A DNA stretch of 57,984 nt, the filler included, from Sphacelaria rigidula (Eukaryota), in NCBI GenBank assembly GCA_964200075.2. It is 4 parts of 4 records of this genome, joined end to end, with 100 filler letters (N's around TTAATTAATTAA, not from the genome) between each part and the next. Parts side by side here need not be neighbours in the genome. Positions count along the whole stretch, not along the records: positions 14,524 to 28,945 come from CAXNAA020002257.1; positions 29,046 to 43,466 come from CAXNAA020002258.1; 2 more parts are not named here. The stretch is one strand, 5' to 3'. A model generated the notes under the pieces. The model searched no databases and was not told the origin of the DNA. It saw nothing but the letters and a program-made list of their open reading frames with translations. Shown here piece by piece: positions 24,150-37,800 of the stretch (the stretch's first letter is position 1; the number at the start of each line of letters is the position of its first letter). The position numbers were made by a program, and so were the translations under genes.

Positions 24150-25345
24150 AAGAATCTAACGGGAGAAACGGATTCGAAAACGGTTCCAACGGGGTCGAAT
24201 TATACCCGAAACCGTAATGTTTCGGNNNNNNNNNNGTCTCATTTCCTCTCATGATACGCAGGAAACACTCAGGGAGCCTCGTGACGATTTCCCTTATATC
24301 TGTTGTAAAAAAGCTCAGATCATGCTCACTCTTGGCAGTTCCGTAGGTATTGATGCTCCGAGTAGAAAACTTTGTTCTTGGCAAGGGTTCAAAGTTCCTC
24401 CGTTCTCTACCGGCTTCCGGGGGTCCCAGTACAAAGACCCCCGAAAGGCGGTACAGAATTACTCAAAGGAAAAAACAATAACATGATGCGTCCCAGGATG
24501 GTCCAAGGAACACATGTACAACTTTTTGGTGGAGAAACTCGAAAATCTCATACATTTTCTCCTTCCTTGACGTGAATTTCACCCTAACAGATGTTATAAT
24601 ACTTAAACCAAGTAGTTCGGAGTTTGCACGTTTTAAGCTCACATCCTCGCAGATACGCACAGCACAGTCTTGACGCATTTATCAGGAGTTAAATCCTGAA
24701 ACTTTGCACAAATGTGCTGTAAATCATCACGCAAGTTTCGGTCAACGAGATTTTTCAATTTCTTGAATTGTTCACCATTTTTCGGGGGTCCGACGGGATC
24801 CAAGTCGTTTTTTGGAGGCAGTCTATTTTGGGACCCCGGAAAACCGGCACGAAAGTTTTTTTTTTTTCATTTTTTTTGGCAAACGCTCTGCGGTCGCACA
24901 GCCAAGGAAAAACGCCACAAATTTTCGTGGCCAAGCTCGATTAACTGGTGCTTGAATTTTCATTTTCACGTCGAAGAAGGCCCTAAAACGCCATTTTCAT
25001 ACCAAAATCCGTTTCACCGTGGCACGGCAAGGTTCATCGCACAAACGCGAAAAACTTCACGCCCTTTTAAGGAGTTAGACCCTGAAATTTTGCACAGGTG
25101 TTCTATGGGTCATGACGCAACTTTGCAAGGACGATTTTTTCATTATTTTTTATTTAACGTTTTACGGGGTCCGACTGGATCGAAGATTTCCCAACAAAAC
25201 TGGGACCCCGGAAAAACGGTGAAAAAAGCCGAAAAAGTAGGAAAACCTTGTCCTTGCAAAGTTGCGTTATGAACCATAGAAAACCTGTGCAAAATGTCAG
25301 GGTCTGGCTCCTCAAAACAGCGTGAAGTTTTGCCGATGAGTGTAT
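24150..25345. mobile_element. Foldback-like non-autonomous element with nested direct and inverted subrepeats
   Basis: 25050-25130 is inverted against 25250-25340; 24695-24845 is directly repeated at 25080-25216; GGGACCCCGGAAAA recurs; ends not defined. Confidence 0.5.
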
Positions 25346-26544
25346 TTCGTTTTTTTCCCGTGAACCAGCCTGTACCATGTTTATGCTACATCGTATATGG
25401 GCCAGGTCGTTGTTTCTAGCTGACGCATGTATTTTTTATTTATACGATTCGCCTGATTACGGTCAAGTTCTGATGCATATCGCGTTCGTGATCCATTTTC
25501 CCGAAATATAGTACCCGAAATCGGGCCCCAGTCCCAGCCATAACTATTGAGCATTGAACCCACTACGGTGCATCTACTTTACACCCTCCGCAAACTGGCC
25601 GGTGTTACACAAAGAGCGTGGCGGCTGTAATATTGCAATATCCATTGTAGTGTAGAACAAAGATGTGCTGAACGTGTGCTGCTACAGAGGCATAGAGCTG
25701 TCACATCTCGTATGCCGCGCGTACCTGCTTCCGAGCTAATATACTCTCAGCACTTGGGAAGATGCAGCTGCATATTGCAGTAGTAGACAATTGGCGCAAT
25801 AGGCATGAAGAGCACGGCAGAGGCGGAGAAATGTGTACAGCGCTGTGCGGGTGACAAACTTTTAAAATGCAATTCTCTCAGGGAAAAATATGTCCAATCG
25901 CAAACCGACGGAATCGGGAAATTGTGAACGCATGCTCCTGAGGACATAGTTTCCGGTGGTTTCGCAGCTGTAGATTCCGAGAAAATCGGGTCTGAGAAAG
26001 GGTATCAACCGAGGTGTGTGTATGTGGGGGGTGCTATGCACCGTCACCCATGCACACCAAAGCACGTTCCAGGACCCTGTTCAAACTACATCGCCACAAC
26101 TTTGGAGCTTGACTCCCTGTTTTTGAGTACTATCAAAATCACCTTTGACACTATAATGCTGGAATACTGTGCACTTACGTGATAATCCCGAGAGCGAGCC
26201 CCGTGTCTTGGGATGTCATCATTAGTACAGAGGATGGGTATTTTGTTTGGACTCACACAAAACAAAGCTGTTCAGACCCGCGGTTCACACGTTAGAAATG
26301 ACGCAAACATACCATTGTGGCGGGTCCGATCCCGAAAGGGTTGAGCATTCATCAGTTAGAACGGTGTGGTATTGTTGGAATGTTTCTGACACATGCTCTT
26401 CCCCCAACAACGGAAAACGTACTCCCGATTTATTCAGGGATTGCAGAGGTTACCCTGCGCTAAGCCTTCATCTTGCTGCTTCGGAAAAGCCATGGCGATG
26501 CAGGCATCTTTGTCCGCGGGCACGGTCGAAAATATGAAAATTTG

Positions 26545-26719
26545 CACACCTTGGACAATAATATATGGTTAATAGTTGCAATAGACAAGAAACGTACTGC
26601 ATAAAGTATCCGCCTATTGCGGCTATTGTCGGCCGGCAATAGTTGCAATAGGCCCATTCTTTATGCAGTACACTTCTTGTCTATTGAATCTATTGACCAT
26701 ATATATTGTCTAGGGTGTG
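26545..26719. mobile_element. 175-bp palindromic MITE with 8-bp TSD
   Basis: CACACCTTGGACAAT...ATTGTCTAGGGTGTG with exact AAAATTTG duplication at 26537-26544 and 26720-26727. Confidence 0.85.
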
Positions 26720-29112
26720 AAAATTTGTGAAGCAGTCAGTTGCCTGTTGTGTAGGAGTGGTTGCGCAACAAATCTACATTCTTCATGCATGTACTATCGG
26801 AAAAGGTCGCTACTGTACTCCATGACAGAGGCGTACTCATCTGGGTGATGACATGGTACGACTTACGGGTATTGTGGCGGTCTCCGCCGAGGAAGAAACG
26901 AAACGCCTCGTATTGCGCCGCACGATGTGCCTGCGCGGTGAATGCAGTCGTAACGTCTATGTACGCCGCAGCCTTTGAAGGAAGCATCGACATGTGACAC
27001 ATGTTTACTGGAGAGGACGCCTAGCTCCTCGTGACTTGCGTCCCGGCAGGAAAATCCCCTTGTATCAACCCGACAGCGTTTCAGGAGCCGAAGATCGCGG
27101 GCGAATTGGACCCTGAAGCCAAGTCCAGCTCCCGCATACACATGTTACACGGTCTGTTGCCTGTATTTGTATTTATATGTTCGTGCGCATACATGTCGCT
27201 GCAGTAATATGCACCATACATACTGTAGTTGCACCAGACAGCACCGTGCGTTGATCCGAAATACTCGGGCTTCAAGACTGCGATAGTTAGTTCGTGTAGA
27301 CGAACAAGACGTACAGCTACGATGTGTGCGCGCGCGTACAATCTTGTTGGAATAGAGGGGAAAATATACGACGTACAAAACCCAGCAAGCAAATCTCGCC
27401 GCAAAAACAAAACCTCACCACCTACTCTCGTGTTTCATGCACTCCTTTCCACAGCATCGGCGACAAAGGTGGCACCGATCCAGCCATCGCCGCTCGCCCG
27501 ATTCATTACATGTCTCGGGGATTAACCCACCGCTATTCCAAACAGCATGCTCTCCCCGAGCCCGCTCTCGTATCTGGATAATGTCAGCACGATCAGCACT
27601 AGCAATGACGACAACATGTCGCCATGGTTCAACAGCTCCGAACAAGCGGTCGGCGCGGGTAGTAGCAGCGGCCGAGATCCCACGCGAACTTACCGCCGAG
27701 AGATAGCTCGTATGACAACACGATTCGACCTGAAGACCCTTCCAGGCGGCCGGTACGGCGGCGGTGGCAACACCCGCGGCGCATCTGCGTCCTCAACAAA
27801 ATCCACAGTGCCGTTGTGCACGTACGGCCACGGCGGCAGCGATGGCGCCTACGCCCTCGCAGGGAGTTCATCGCCGATATTGAATTCCCAAGTCAACACA
27901 TTCTTGGAGCAAGGTTGGGATGGGAGGATCAACCTAGGGCGCGGTGCCGTGGGAGGAAGGTGCGTATCGCCGGCTCGATGGTCTCCTTCGATCACATGGT
28001 CGGTCGTTTCATGTTTTTGATCCCACATGAATTAGTAGCGTTTGTCCGGGTGCTTGTCCGGTGCTTGATCATAGAGTTTATGTGCCCAGGGATCAAATAA
28101 CTCTGCCGCGGGCGCATGAGCGTCTCATACAGGCTGGTTCACGCTTGTCACCCGAAGTATGTTCATATGCAAAGGCTCACGCTGCTTCTTTACGTTAGAC
28201 TCTGAAAACTTGCACACAGCATGTCCTTTAGGCCATTACGATACTTCTTTTGGAGGTTGTTTTTGGCCGGTTCTCAGGGGTTCCAGGGTTTTGTGAATCG
28301 TTGGGGATCATGTATATTTTCCTCTAGGATCCCCAATAACCGACGAAATACAAGACTATAGACAACACCGCCCATAAAAAGTTTCGCAATAATCCATAGT
28401 ACACGCGCCATTTTTCAGAGTCTAGCTGCAAACACCAGCGTGAGGTTTCGCAGATGAGTGAACCGACGGGTATCGTGCCTCGTTGGTATATTGATATATT
28501 GATATATTGATTGTCGCGCGAACGCAAAGATCCAGCCGTGGACACATGATAGACGTGTCCGACGTAAAACAAAACAGGACGGGAACAATCGCTGGAGGAA
28601 TCTGAAGAGGACGGGAAGGTGGAACAGACACGAAGAGTAGGCTGAAATCAACAACCACGGAGAACAAAGACAAAATGATTAGAAATGACCGGCCTCTGCG
28701 ACATAGTTTCAGGTGGAAAAGAGTCTTGCGTAACACCATACGCACCCATACCCGATTGAGAACAGAAACAAGAAGCCGAACAGATTGTGGCTCCTCTATC
28801 TTGTCCACAGTTTCTTGGCTATGAGCTCTCACCCACGAACCCTACGGACGTAAGGCACCAAACTGCTACTTGCAGACATCGGGGAGAGACTACATACTTC
28901 CTCTGTCCCATAAGTCTGTATCGTTACGTTTGTACGAGCCCTTAANNNNNNNNNNNNNNNNNNNNNNNNNNNNNNNNNNNNNNNNNNNNTTAATTAATTA
29001 ANNNNNNNNNNNNNNNNNNNNNNNNNNNNNNNNNNNNNNNNNNNNCCCTTCTCTCCCTGGCTGTGCTCGCCTGTGGTGGGGGTGTGGTGGGGTGTTTGGC
29101 GCGGGCGGCGCG

Positions 29113-29149
<37 letters not shown>

Positions 29150-31450
29150 ACGCCACACCGCGAACCCCCACTGATAGTGAGGGAGTGGGATGACTTTACC
29201 GTCTCCTTGCGGGCGCGGGGAAGGCGGAGCGATTTCACAGAACTCCGTTCAAGATTTCATGTATGATGATGGCGCGGCGCCGCTCACACCGCCGTCCAGA
29301 CCGCCAACACCAGCGTAGGAAATACCAACATCGCAGCGCCGCCTACAAGATCGCCACCTGCGACGCCAACGATGCCGACAGAGCAGTCACCCGCACCGCC
29401 CACACCGCACTCACCTGCGCCCTCACCATCAATCAAACTGTCATTTCTGCCGCCGACAACCATCGACATCCCCGAGCAAAACGGCGGGGGAGCAGTGTAG
29501 CTCCTGAACTCCCAAGAACAGAGCTGCGCCGTCTTGCGTTGAACGATGAGCTGTCCCTGCCTCCTCGAATGGCAGGTCGCACGCGCAGTGTGAAAAGAGC
29601 GGCGGCATAAGCAGACAGAGTCTAGTTGGAAGCCGCAATCAACTACGCAAAAGCGGGGTTTGTGTACGAGATGATAAATGCTTACTGGTGAAAGTGCAAG
29701 CGGAAACGGTACTATGTGGAATGGCCGAAGACAAATTCTACAAGACACACTTGACCACTGCATCAGCTGAACCGGACGACGGAGGCGACGCGAACACAAT
29801 GGTTGGGGAAGAACTAGCCGACCGCGAGTACTTTTGCTTGGCAGCCGAGAACGACATAGAAACAGACGCTAGCATTGGTTTGCGTTTCCCCATCGGTTTA
29901 CACGTAAATGAGATCGAGAGCCAGCGTAGACGATGTAGCAAAGTCGGAATTCAAAGCAGTATGGGTCAGCGCTATGCGCGCAGGAACCTTCTTCGCCAGC
30001 ACAATACCAGGCGGGGTAAATATATTAACGGCAAAGCAAGGTGTTCAGTCGGAAAACCGACGCTGATGGGCTGATCACGGAAGTGAAGGCGAGACATGTT
30101 GCACGTGGTTTTGGACAGAGAATTACTGTAGAACATTTTTTTCGAGACTTTCGCATCTACTCCAACCATTACATAAATAAAAATGGCCATGGCCGTAGCA
30201 GTGCAGGAGAGATGGCCACTACACCATGTTGATGTCACCTACGCATTTGTACGCGCAACAATATACAAAAAATTGTACATGAAGCTCCCGGAAGGGTATG
30301 GCACCCTCACCGGAAATACTCCAAGACTAGGTAGATCGATCAACGGACTTCAGTAGACAGGGAGGCAGTGCTCCCTACTTCTATGCAAAACACTAGTGGA
30401 GGACGCGAGGATGGTGTAAAGTCGAGCTTACCCTAGCGTGTTTCAGAAGGAGGAATGGGGGCGTGTGCATGTTGTTTTAGCCGTGCATGTAGACGATATT
30501 TTGATCGGAGATGAAAAAGAAAAAGTGAAATGATGAAAAAAATACTAACAAGAGATCGCCCACCAAGAACCTTGGTGAGGTCAAGTGGTACATGGGGTGT
30601 GCCGTAGAGAAAGACTGGAGCAAAGGTACGCTGTCTATGAATCAAGCAACGTTGATAGATGCCCTCTAAAATCATTTCAAGGTTACGAATGTTTTAGATA
30701 CCCTCGCCTCAACATACGCAGACTCAGGGGTGAGTGACGCAGGAGGACTCGGTGGCAAATCGCCCGTACAATAGTGCAGTAGGAGAGTTGATGTGGTTGG
30801 CAACTGTAACTAGACCCGACACAGCAAATGCAGTCCGCACTCTGACCCGCCAGTCGCATGATCCATGCGAGAGACAGTGGGAAGGAGCTCTAGAAGTCTC
30901 GGCATTCCTGAATAGGGTAAGAAATACGGTTTGACGTTCACTTCAGGAGAGATGTGCTTTTCCAGTGTACTGCGATGCTAGCTATGTGAAGGAGACGGAT
31001 GGGCGATCGGTCTCAGGGGTAGCGGTGGTGTACGGAGGAGTAGCGGTGTCTAGTACCAGTCGTACGCAATACTGTGCAACTTTATTCGTTACCGAAACCG
31101 AATATGTTGCAATAGCCGAAGGGGCTGAGGGGTACATGTTTCTGAGGGCGGTCCTGTCTCTCTGACGACCACGGGATGTGCTGGAGTATGAGGCAGAGTA
31201 CGATGTTTTTTATTAGGTCAACTAGGAGGCTAAGGCTCTGGCCGAAGACCCTCTCAATTCGAGCCGCAGCGATCACGTTGACGTGAGATGGCATTTTATC
31301 CAGGACTTGGTAAAGACAAGAAGCTATCAAGATAAGTGCACGTAGATTCAGCGTGGCAGAACGCTGATATCCTGACAAAACCGCTGCCGTTCACGTTGTC
31401 CAACAAGTATACTTCGTATACACCACTTGATGAATATGAGGGATGTCGAG
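29150..31450 (+). mobile_element. Degenerate Ty1/copia retrotransposon pol (RT and RNase H) with many stops and frameshifts
   Basis: Motifs KARHVARGFGQ, HHVDVTYAFV, LYMKLPEGY, AVHVDDILI, YNSAVGELMWLATVTRPD, YCDASY...GRSVSG, TETEYVAIAEG, HVDVRWHFI and ADILTKPL. Confidence 0.92.
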
Positions 31451-31947
31451 TAGGCACATTATTCTTCTTTTGTGATATGTGTCTGTCGATTTGTGAGCTC
31501 TAGGTGTTTCAGGTCATGGCTTCCGTAACATTTTTGGACGTACGTCGGATGAAGACACTCACGCTACTTTGTGGGACATGGGTTTTGTAGGGCGTTTTCT
31601 GGCGTAACGTGCATCTGCCCTGACCGAACGTCTACGAAAAGAGCAGTTAGATTTTCATCACGAGTGTTGGAGTTTGTGCGAAGGGGTTTGTTTTTCGCTC
31701 GAAAGGCGGAGTGTTCTTATACTTCGAATTAAGAGAGAGAGAGAGAGAGAGAGCTTCAAACACTGAGGCATCAGATCAGGGGGGGGGGGGGGGGGGGGGG
31801 GGTAACGAAAAAAAAAAAAGGAGAACGGCGAACAAAGGGAGAACAAAAAAAAGGGGNNNNNNNNNNTTTGATGGTTGGCATGAGAGAAGGGGGGGGGAGG
31901 GGGGGCGCATAAAGCGGTGGGGGGGGGGGGGGGGGGGGGGGGGGGGT

Positions 31948-32112
31948 TGTGTGTACAGATAAAGCCAGTAGGATCTCCGTAGAACACGGGAACACGGAAA
32001 TCGGGGTGACGTACGAGTCCTGACAATCAAGTATGTGCCGATGTGGGATGATATAGTAGCCGGGACGCCACACGGCCTCCATCTATATCACTCAGCTTCT
32101 TCTTCTCAACCA
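31948..32112 (+). repeat. Probable 3' LTR of the copia element
   Basis: Starts TG directly after a G-tract (PPT position) downstream of RNase H and ends ...TCAACCA; no second LTR in the window to confirm. Confidence 0.4.
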
Positions 32113-34690
32113 TACTCTCCCGAGTTATAGCGTCACTTGGGTGCAATCTAAAAAATGATATGAACCATCTATCCTGTGCCTAGCCCAACGTATACATGAG
32201 ACCATCGGCGGAGGAGAGGGGGAAGGTACAGGTCTTGGAGAAAAATTCAAACGCCCCTTACTCCGACCTTGTTCACGCCCTAGTTTGTGTGTGTCCTAAT
32301 CGCAAAGAAATGCCACTAACGAGTGAGTACGTACCGAACTGAATCCAATGACCACAGACACTAAACTGGTTCAGTAAAAGGGCAAAGTGTGGCATACGGT
32401 ATAATATCTGCATGTCAACATGGGGTGAAGGGCTGGATTATGCTGTCGTCGCTGTTGGACAGTTCAAGGTCATTCACCCCACTTATACTACAAGAGCGCT
32501 AACCTATAGGCTAGTACGCACTGGGCTAGCCTAGAAGCGAATTGTAGGTCGTCGGCGCATTCTTCAGCTTCCTCGGATTTCTCTTGTTCATGCGTTGAGG
32601 GGGAAAGTAAAATCTTTATTCCACTAAAGACGCCCCTGAACATGGAAGAGGAATCTCAAGGAGAGGAACATTCATGTTCATTATGCCCTTCCGATTCTCC
32701 ATACCAGATTTCGAAGTAAAACTCTCAACATTATGGTAAGAATCTGCGATTCAGAGCCAGGACTGGTCAAGATTTGGAACGGCGTTGTGTAGGCCATTTA
32801 CCAGCCCAGTGTTGATGCTCGTGCCACTTGTTCCTCCAGATTTTGTGTGGAGAATGGCAAGGGCAAAGTAGTGAGAAAAACAGTCTACGGGATTTTTTTC
32901 CTTCTCGCGAATTATAAAGATAGATGTTTGGGCGTAATAAGAGCTACCATTTTTTCACGAGAATGTCGTTAACTGAAGAAAAAGGAAATTATGGTCTTAG
33001 CAGTTTCGCTCCTAGTATGCCCTCGCGATTCGCCACACGAATTGCCAAAGCACAACAAGTCCGGAAAGTGGGCTGAAAAGGTGAGTGAAGGGCCATAACT
33101 AATGCCCATTTTTCACGAAAGCATCCCTCATTCATCAAGAAAAATCCCCAACCAAGGTAACGAACGTTTTAGTATTCCATGACCCTTGCGCTTCTCCATA
33201 CCAAATCCAAAGCACAACCCTCAAAAGGGAGACACGAAATCCAGATTTAGTGCAGTTAGTTAGTGTATCTGCTGGTAATAATTCGAGTTTCGTGAGGCAT
33301 CTTACGTGTGCCATAGCTCTAGATAGGTGACGAATTAGTAGGTGGGAATATCGATCGGTTCCCCGTGCTCCAGGGTTTATTCAGACTCTAGTATGGACCC
33401 CATCTTCGTCCACGGTATGGGAACTACAGGACTCGACATGGCGTTTAGTCAAGGAGATAAAAATGATCCAGGCTTTTGAGCAGATGGGCACCGTCCCCTT
33501 GACTAGGCGATTCATAAGATAAGCCGATCACGGCCTAATTCATTTGTGTCAATAACATATGGCTGGGCACCCGTGTTTAGGCCGGCCCTGCTTGTATGGT
33601 TGCGGAAATTTCGACAAATGGTGTGGTCAGAGTTCCATTATTAGGGAACCAAAGATTTCGTCCGAATGAGTAGTGAAAGCATATCCGCCTCTAGAGATGG
33701 AAGAGTGAGTAATGAACGCCCCTAGACAGTGAGCATACCCGTATTTCACGGAAGCATCGCGTGTGAGGTATCTAATGCACTAGTGCATCATTCTCGCGTC
33801 GAGGCACGTGCGCCCTGTTCTATGTTGTTCTGTATGTTTTCGTCTCCATACGTGTCATCTTGGGTTCTAATATCCTTTAGCCCTCGTCACGTCATTTCGC
33901 CATGCCTTGCACTTTCTCGCCGTACCCTGATTTGTTCGATATGCCGACCTGATGTGGCACGAACATCATGTAGCCGACAAGTTTTGTTCTCACTCTCGTC
34001 CATTCTCTGGAGCTGTACGTACGAATATCTTGCTGTGCTTCTTTCGCCGACGTGTGCCATGTAGAACCCCGCGCTCCGGGGCGTCATGCTTTCATGTTCG
34101 TGGCCGTATTTGCGTGTTTCCCTTTTATTCTGCCTTATTTGGCCCTGGCTTCGGGACCACGTGCGCTATTTTGTGGAGAAAAGCTGATGTAAGAAAAAAC
34201 AATAGCAGCAGCGACAACATGCGACTTGTTGACTTTTGCATGTTCATGTTGACGCTACGCGAAGCGAAATCTAGATGAGCATACTACTTTAGCAGCGCAA
34301 CAACGCAAGGGTATAAGCAAGTCCGACTTTGCAAAGGTCTTCGTTTGCCCAGTACTATCAAGTAAACGTCCTTGCAGATGCCTCCATCACAGACCTATAA
34401 ACATACACAAGAAAATTTGGTAGCGGTGGTTGCAGTGAACGGTGTCGTGTGCCGCAAAGTTGCACACATACAGCATGCTTTGCAATTGAAGACCCCCGAA
34501 AACCGCAACACCAGTCATTCGATTGACGAACGATTTACTCCTCCGCCAACCGGTGAGCATCGTCTATCGTTTATCGCACGATACAGTCCGGTGTTGCAGG
34601 ACACTTCTCTTCAACAAAACCGCATCGACGTGAACCACGACAGCGTACGCCGCGGCCTGCCAGCGACAGGTACAGCTTTCGTCAACGAGC

Positions 34691-34890
34691 TCAACATGGG
34701 GGCAAATACTTGGCAGCCCACGCCACAATCCACTTGAGATCCGTCATCATGTACTTTAGAGCACGAGTCCAGTCCTCGAGACTGCTGCCCAGCGAGACGG
34801 GCAAGCCGCCTACCGTCCCATCCTTTTCCTTTATGCGGTAGGGCAATCGCAGTGTAGGATCATGGTCTTGGACGTACTCTCCCACCTCTC
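34691..34890 (-). CDS. ATG6: ATG6 terminal exon
   Basis: cag acceptor; LPYRI...WTRALKYMMTDLKWIVAWAAKYLPPC then TGA. Confidence 0.9.
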
Positions 34891-37800
34891 CTGCGGCCAC
34901 AAAACCAACCCGAATGAGTCCAGCAGCACAAGTGACCACAATATACCGGCGGAGGTCAGTGATGGGCCGTGCTGCAGAGCGGAAATAAAGAGCGCAGACA
35001 CGTGCAGCACGGTGGCGACCCAAGCTACAGTACCGTTCCATTTACTGTTGGAGTAGTGATACACTACGGTACAGCGCCGTACAGTACGAAAGACGACATT
35101 CACTGGTGGGCATAGAAGTGATGGGTCATCAATCGAATGAAGAGCATCCAGGGCTTTTCGGCCAAGGAGTGCTGTATGTATGCCATGTTCTCGATACACA
35201 ATGCTGTCAACGCTTTCGACAGCTATTATAGCGGTAAAGGGACACAGGATCGCCATTATTCCTTCCATGGGTGCATCGAAGCACCTGCTGCAATCCGCTA
35301 CAGCAGTAAACATAGCATATAACATGTGCTTAGGAGGTACTCTACTGCGCGTGCTTTTTCTCCATTGCGGTGCGACGCAACGACGTTCACCTAGGCAATG
35401 CAAGAACGCCTTCAAGGCCAAATTGAAATTCCGGCGGGGGAACAAGCTAAAGCTCTCGTCCGTGTGCAGGCTATACAGCACCCGACCGTCTTCCGACCGA
35501 GCGATTTTCGTGAAGCTTCCACAGGGAGCGATCAGATATTTCGAAAACTCCACACCCATAGCCATAGCGACTGCAACAAGAGGCAGAACAGCCGGGGACA
35601 GACGACACACGGGTGAGGCCATGCTTGCGACGTGATAAAACAAAAAAACAAGTCAGCAATGAAGCTAGTGAGCCTACTAACAATTCACCCTTTTCTTATG
35701 CTTTGTTTGCGCTGAACACAAAGGCAAGGCCTTAGTGCGTGAGAATTCCTTCAGTCTGACGGTAACGTAGTATCAGTTATTACACTTTTTCTCCTTGCCG
35801 TCTATATGTGACCAGAAGATAGGTATTTGGGTGTCACAAACGAATCTAGCTGGCGGTCAAAAACGACGGATTTTCGCCGTTTCTCACGTCATATTGATAC
35901 TCATGCGACAAGATATAGCTCAAATCGGTAGCAGGTACACACGCAGGACAGGAATGAACATGACACAACAACCAGTAGGAAGTGTTGGTCTCGCACCGAA
36001 CTATTTCTCCCATTTCACCATGTGTAGTAGAGTTTTCGCATTTTTCGAACAGCTTTCCGGACAAATGTACAGGCCGATGTCACAAAGTATCGCACATACT
36101 ACTACTCACTGTAGTAATGGGAATGGGTCGCATACACTTGAAAAAAAAGCGAAAAAATACCGCTGCCCCGTCGCGGACTTACACGCGCGTCTGCTTCTTC
36201 ACCGTTCTGCTATAATACTTGCAGCAAGGTTTGATGTCCTTTCGGAACAATTGTACAGTAACCTTGCTTGTTGTACAAATTGTCCAGCACGAACCAGCGC
36301 GTATGACCCGCAAAGACGCGGGCATCACAATCCAAAAGACCCGAATCGAAAATGGACAAATCGTGTCGGCGTGTCGAGTTGCGTCCAGCTAGCGTACCCT
36401 ATACTTGAGTGCAGTGTGCTGCTAAACCAGCCAAGTTCCGAAGTTTACTGTTGAACGTCCGCATCTCGCGAAAGGTTGCAAGTTTTGGAGAACTGGACCG
36501 TTCTGATAGTTTCTCATACTGTAGACTCTCCGAGAAACCGGTTCCACATGGTTCTAAAAACTATTCTGAAAATATGGCAAACACAGACACCACAGCCTGT
36601 CCTAGTGTGCTTCAGAGTGCTCATTTTTATCCATTCGATACAAGCCCAGTACAAAATCGTAATCCTCAGGGCGGACACTGTCGGATAGCTGCAATGGGCT
36701 CATTCCTTCACCATCATCGTTTGTATCTCACGGCGTACCTCCAGACGTTTCTTCTCTGCTTTCACAACGCGACACAACGTCGAAAAAGGAGAAAAAATTC
36801 AAGTATTATAACAAGTGTCGCCAACTGCGGACCCTCGTGGGCCGGTAGCTCGCAACGTCAAACGCGTACGACTTGGCATATAACATTGCCATGTCCGAAA
36901 GCCGTCTAAGCTTGGCTGTTGTCTTTCATTCTGTCTTCACCCAGAAGTGACATTCCCACGTAATTGGGGTCAGCAAACACTTGGTGGACACGCGTGCCTA
37001 TAGCTCCCCAATGCTATACCCCACACCACCACTCATTCGACTACTGATACAAATACTTCTATCAACAGCATTGCCGAAACTAGTACTATTACTGCTACTA
37101 ATAATACACTTGCCCGACAGAATCGAACAAAACTAAAAATATGTAGGTCTCAGTACAGTATTCCAGAGTATGTTCTAGAACGGTCTATGCTATCGCCGCA
37201 GTTACTCGGCACGACACGGGGAAAGTCTCTGGCTGCTCTGTTCCCTTCGCCAGATCGCTGTAGTCTAGTCTACATCTTAGCCTTGATATCACGTGTGCTG
37301 TGCGACCGTGCGTCGAACGCAAAAACGCTTCACATGTTGGAATTTGATATGTCGGACGTGTCAAATACCAATACAAATACTATAGGAATATTCTAGTAAC
37401 AGCAAGACTCACCAGTCACCAACACAAGCGCAGCCTGGCCCACTCCGGCGTTTACCTCCTGCCAGTCCACCACCAAACTCGGCAACCGTCCTACCCGAAA
37501 TCCGTTGATGGTAGCAAACGGTCCCTTGTGCCAGATGTGAAAAGAATCGTTCAGAGCATCTGTCGCAGCATCAGGCATATTGCATGGGGCGGGTACAGCC
37601 TATGGAGCTATCTTGGGAAGAACAAATAGCTTTCCACAGGTGGGCAATGGTTCAACGGTTGGCCCGGTTGATTGACAACGAATGAGGGGTGTACTCATGA
37701 TCTTGCATGCCGTAGACATATGATCAATGACCTCGCATCCCTACAATGCTGGGATGGAGCATGCCGAGTTTTCGCAGGACTAGGCTGGCAGCAGCAATGA

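Noticed and set aside
25561-25652. Mini CACTA element (CACTACGGTG...CATTGTAGTG)
   Set aside because: The TIR is short and imperfect and there is no 3-bp TSD (ACC versus TAG).
27547-28020. 157-aa GC-rich ORF
   Set aside because: No recognisable domain or consistent splice structure on either strand.
34831-35643. 270-aa single ORF from the ORF track
   Set aside because: It is one ATG6 exon plus read-through intron sequence, not a separate gene.
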